From positions 43,712,001 through 43,776,000 of the forward strand of contig CM052816.1 in NCBI GenBank assembly GCA_028534125.1: a stretch of DNA of 64,000 bases, read 5' to 3'. This stretch comes from Lama glama. Its lineage: Eukaryota. The translations under genes were made by a program, and so were the position numbers. Below the pieces are notes generated by a model, which was not told where the DNA came from, searched no databases, and saw only the letters and a list, made by a program, of their open reading frames with translations. Positions 60,494 through 64,000 of this stretch are shown here, in pieces (the first letter of the stretch is position 1; the number at the start of each line of letters is the position of its first letter).

Positions 60494-62551
60494 AACAAAC
60501 AATAGTTGTTTATCTTTTAAAATAACTGAGATTCTATTCCATTTAAGAAGGAGATGGACTGTCTTCAATTGCAACTGCTTTGGAAAATATTTTTTTTATA
60601 AAAGAGTAATTTTGCCAAATATTTTACTTGGTAGAGTTCAAATAACTTAAGAAGAAATTTCAAAAGCAAATGCTTATTTTATTGAGACATGTTTTGAGTG
60701 GAAATAAAAATTTTGATCATTGTGGCAAAGACTTTCTTGCTGTGGGAGCATGGTAAACGATCCTTCGCTGTTCAGGGCTAGACCCACGGTCCCTGTGACG
60801 TGTTCTTACTTGCCAGGGACGCCTACTCACTAGAAACTGAGCAGATATTTAGTGTAAGTTTGCCTTCTAGGAGTAAACAAATATTTAAAATGTAGAAATC
60901 TTCAAGAGCAGTCTCTGCTGTCCGTCCTGACACTGCTTTATTTGTCAATGGCCTAAGACTGACAACAGCATATTTTCTGAATAAAACAGCTTGACAGTGG
61001 ATTTTCTCCTTTTTTAATTCTGAGAGAACTTCTGGGTGGTGCAGTGTATATATTAAATTATTAAGATGTCTGGAACACTTTGACCTTATGGGGTGACCTG
61101 CATAAGAACATCTGATATTGTGTTGATGTTGGTATCTGGTACTTTTATGATTTGTCTTTGAAAGGAAGAAATGAAGTAGATGGCTATATACTTACATATA
61201 AAATAGAGATTTTGGTGGAGATATTACTTCACAACTCAATCTTTCAATTGAGACATCTGCACTGATGAATGAATTCAAAAGAATTTACCTGGTTGTGATT
61301 CCACTCAACTACCAACAATGATTGGTTCTCTAATTTAATTCTTAGTACTTTTAAAAAAAATGTTTTAAACATGATTGTCCTTATATTTAATTTTTTAAAC
61401 TGAAAAATAACATTAAATATCATCAAAGGAGAAAGGGGTATAATTTGATTCGTTTTATCATGATTCTCTCTCTCAAAGGGAGAGAACTACTAGTAGAAAC
61501 AATCTGAGAGTTGGCTGACTTTTGTGTTTATCTCTGAAGTTGTTTTTAACCTTTGTTATATATTCTGGGTACATTCATTCTTTGGTAAAATGCATGATTT
61601 TTAGGTTAACAATATAATTTTAAACTCTAGGAAAGTTTTATATTGTATAAAAAGACACCAAGGAGACTTTGTTAAGCTGTTTCTTCTAGATTGAGACAGA
61701 ATCAATTATTTGCCCTAAGCTAGAGAAATCCTGAAATGTTCCCAGAATCTTGTGAGGCTAGTAGAAGGTACTTTCCCTTAAAAATCCATGGTCCCTTGAG
61801 TCCTAATGGTCTGAGAATCTTCTCATATACCAAAGACTCTGAATTAACAATTTAAGAATTTTTTCATTCTACTCTGATAAATTTGAAAGATGTCTCCTTG
61901 GGACTTTTTCAGTGAAGGGGTCCCAGAGAAGATGTGTGTCTGACTACCCAGAAAAGAGCACACTAGACTTCAGTCCTGCGCAGCCTAAAGAAATTTTCAA
62001 ATATTGTTGCCTGATGCTGATAGGAAACCCATGTTGTTAGTTTATTAGGAAGAGAAGATCAAAAGTGTCCTGGCAGGTAGTAGATCCAGAGTTAGTCCTT
62101 GAAGAACGAGAGTTACCTTTAACCCTCTGGGAACTCAAATCCCCTCCCAAACAGATGACACTGAACCCCTTGGAAGTATCATTCTTAGATCTTAAGTCAG
62201 CCTTTTGGAGTGACCTTATGGATAGTGATAGGCCCAGAGAATGTAACCACAGTTTCTTAACCATCTATTGACAAAGTCTCCAATGATACTTGTGTATCTG
62301 ATTGAAAATGAACAAGCATTGGGATCTAAGATAGATATTTCAGAGACTTTCTTAGAGAAAATGAGGGTTGTTACCTGGGACTTCTGTATTGACTTTGAAA
62401 CTACAGTCAAAATGAGCTGCATATTTTGACTAAGATTCCCTGAAAGTCAATACCCCAGGGGGATGATAGCCCAGCTGCAAAGACCAGAGGGAGCTGGGTA
62501 AGTCAGTTAAAATGTATTAAATACCCACTTGATGCCAAGCACTATCCTAGT

Positions 62552-62579
62552 GCTTCATTATAAAGGCTTCATTATAAAG
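62552..62579. repeat. 14-bp perfect tandem duplication
   Basis: GCTTCATTATAAAG x2. Confidence 0.85.
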
Positions 62580-63639
62580 AAGGAGAAGAAAAGCAAAGCA
62601 GTTTATTACTAAGGTAATAATAAGAAACAAAATATATTAGATGTTGAAAGAAATACAAATAACTAGCTCACACTCGAACTCTTAGAACCCTTTTTTAACA
62701 TGCTGTTGATCAGGGGTTTCACAAACTCGTATCATTTTCCTGCTTGTGGTTACTTCAGTTCCTACGTTGAGTCTGAGACTGCCTATGCAAATCCTTCCTT
62801 CTAATCTCATTGAAGTCCCCATTGGGACTTTGCTCTCTTCATAGAAATAAGGGATAGTTTGTTGAGCCTGGAGAAAAGTCAGTGGTATGTAAGGAGCCTG
62901 TGAGAATCCCAAGGGCAAAGACGGGACAGCTTACTTAGGGAAACTGGAGAGATTGGTTTAGTGCCACTTCTAAGATTAAGATGGTACCAGACAAAGCAGC
63001 AAAGTGAGGGGAAGCCTCCTCTGACAGATTTGTGATGGTGTACCATATGCTGTTTTAGAATGGAAATGGTGACTAACCCAACTTGGCTGATATCTCTCTA
63101 TCCTAACAGTAAAGCTTCATGCTCAAGAGTTGAGGTAGATTGGATCAGGAACGGGGCAGAAGAGAGTGTGAATTTCATAGGCACCTTTACTTAGGGTTTT
63201 TGGTTCTAGACAGGATTGCTATTCTGAGCTAGGAAACAGTCACTAGAGATAAGGACTCCCTCCCTCCACCTTGTCACAAATTCTGTTGTGATATTAATGC
63301 AAAACCTATTCTGCCATTGGTAGGAGCAATGAGAGACATTAGAACGTGGACTGTGAAATTTACCCATCTTAACATAGTTGAAATGATAAGAACTTCAAAC
63401 TTCCTGAAGATGTCAAATTCAGTCTATGTACACAAAAGGAACAGCATGACAGCATTAATTCTTATTATCTTAATTTTAGACCTAATAAGGTTTTATCTCA
63501 ACATAACATACACTACTACCATCTGGAGTACCTGAAATTATTAAAAATAAATTTCATATTTTTTACAGTGTTCTTCTGCTGTGAGATAGTAGACCATCAG
63601 ACCATGTTTACCAAAGAAAACATCAAAAACCAAGGCAGA

Positions 63640-63752
63640 GTTAGTATGGAACAATCACTTGTAAATGTTGGGACCTAGGGAATCTGCCATTTCTTCTGAA
63701 ATGGCTGAGTACATAATCACTCCCAACCTCGCTGATCCCATTTCAGATCTGG
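63640..63752 (+). mobile_element. degraded MIR fragment
   Basis: GGGACCTAGGG…TCTGCCATTT…AATCACTCCCAACCTCGCTGATCCCATTTCAGATCTG loosely follows MIR head and core. Confidence 0.4.
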
Positions 63753-64000
63753 ATCTCATTTACATCATAGAGAAGCATGCAGAAAACATCCCAGAGGGCA
63801 GATGAACACATCAAGAATGAAAGAGAAGAAACATTGACAATTATTCTTTTATTCGTTTTACCTGTCTTCTTTGGGATCTATTTTGGAATGTTAGCTAAGC
63901 TACCAAATATCTTTTCTCACAAGCGCTTTAAAGTAGAAAACACACCCAGTACACTAGTGTCTAAACCAGTGACTTTTATTCATCTCCCATTTGTAAACTC

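Noticed and set aside
60305..60650. ORFs with poly-I / poly-M, TM-like runs
   Set aside because: Produced by the (GAT)n microsatellite and a neighbouring CT-rich tract.
62405..63705. Short perfect hairpins (9-bp stem 62405-62431; 8-bp stem 63686-63705)
   Set aside because: Stems of this length are plausible by chance in 64 kb and have no supporting context.
63746..63805. DLDLIYIIEK resembling the PTEN/tensin DLDLTYITER motif
   Set aside because: Similarity stops at once, a stop codon follows, and the acceptor overlaps a probable MIR.

Overview
AT-rich mammalian non-coding DNA, most likely a large intron or intergenic region. I cannot support any host protein-coding gene, true tRNA/rRNA gene, recognisable miRNA or CRISPR array, and I cannot name the locus. 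Nearly all ORFs in the track look like chance ORFs; the one clearly recognisable translation (55900-56250, minus) is the C-terminus of LINE-1 ORF2p. A tRNA-Ala-derived SINE at 1730-1878 resembling camelid Vic-1, two cetartiodactyl-type L1 3' ends, and no recognisable Alu, B1, BovB/Bov-tA or PRE-1 elements suggest a camelid genome (inference). Much of the window is layered transposon debris: MIR, L2, a CR1/L3 reverse-transcriptase fossil, L1M/L1ME, MaLR solo LTRs, an ERV1-type solo LTR, and MER5, MER8 and MER46C-like MITEs, often nested. Repeat-poor stretches between them carry developmental transcription-factor-like motifs and may be conserved enhancers. Family names are recalled from consensus sequences by eye, boundaries of old elements are approximate, and all need RepeatMasker/Dfam confirmation. 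I found no evidence of a new multi-gene system. Best leads: a CpG-enriched, exon-like block at 49260-49710 with a hydrophobic micro-ORF, an ERV LTR retaining NRF1- and YY1-like motifs, the CR1 RT fossil, an L2 copy reaching its endonuclease region, and a near-perfect 59-bp tandem duplication.
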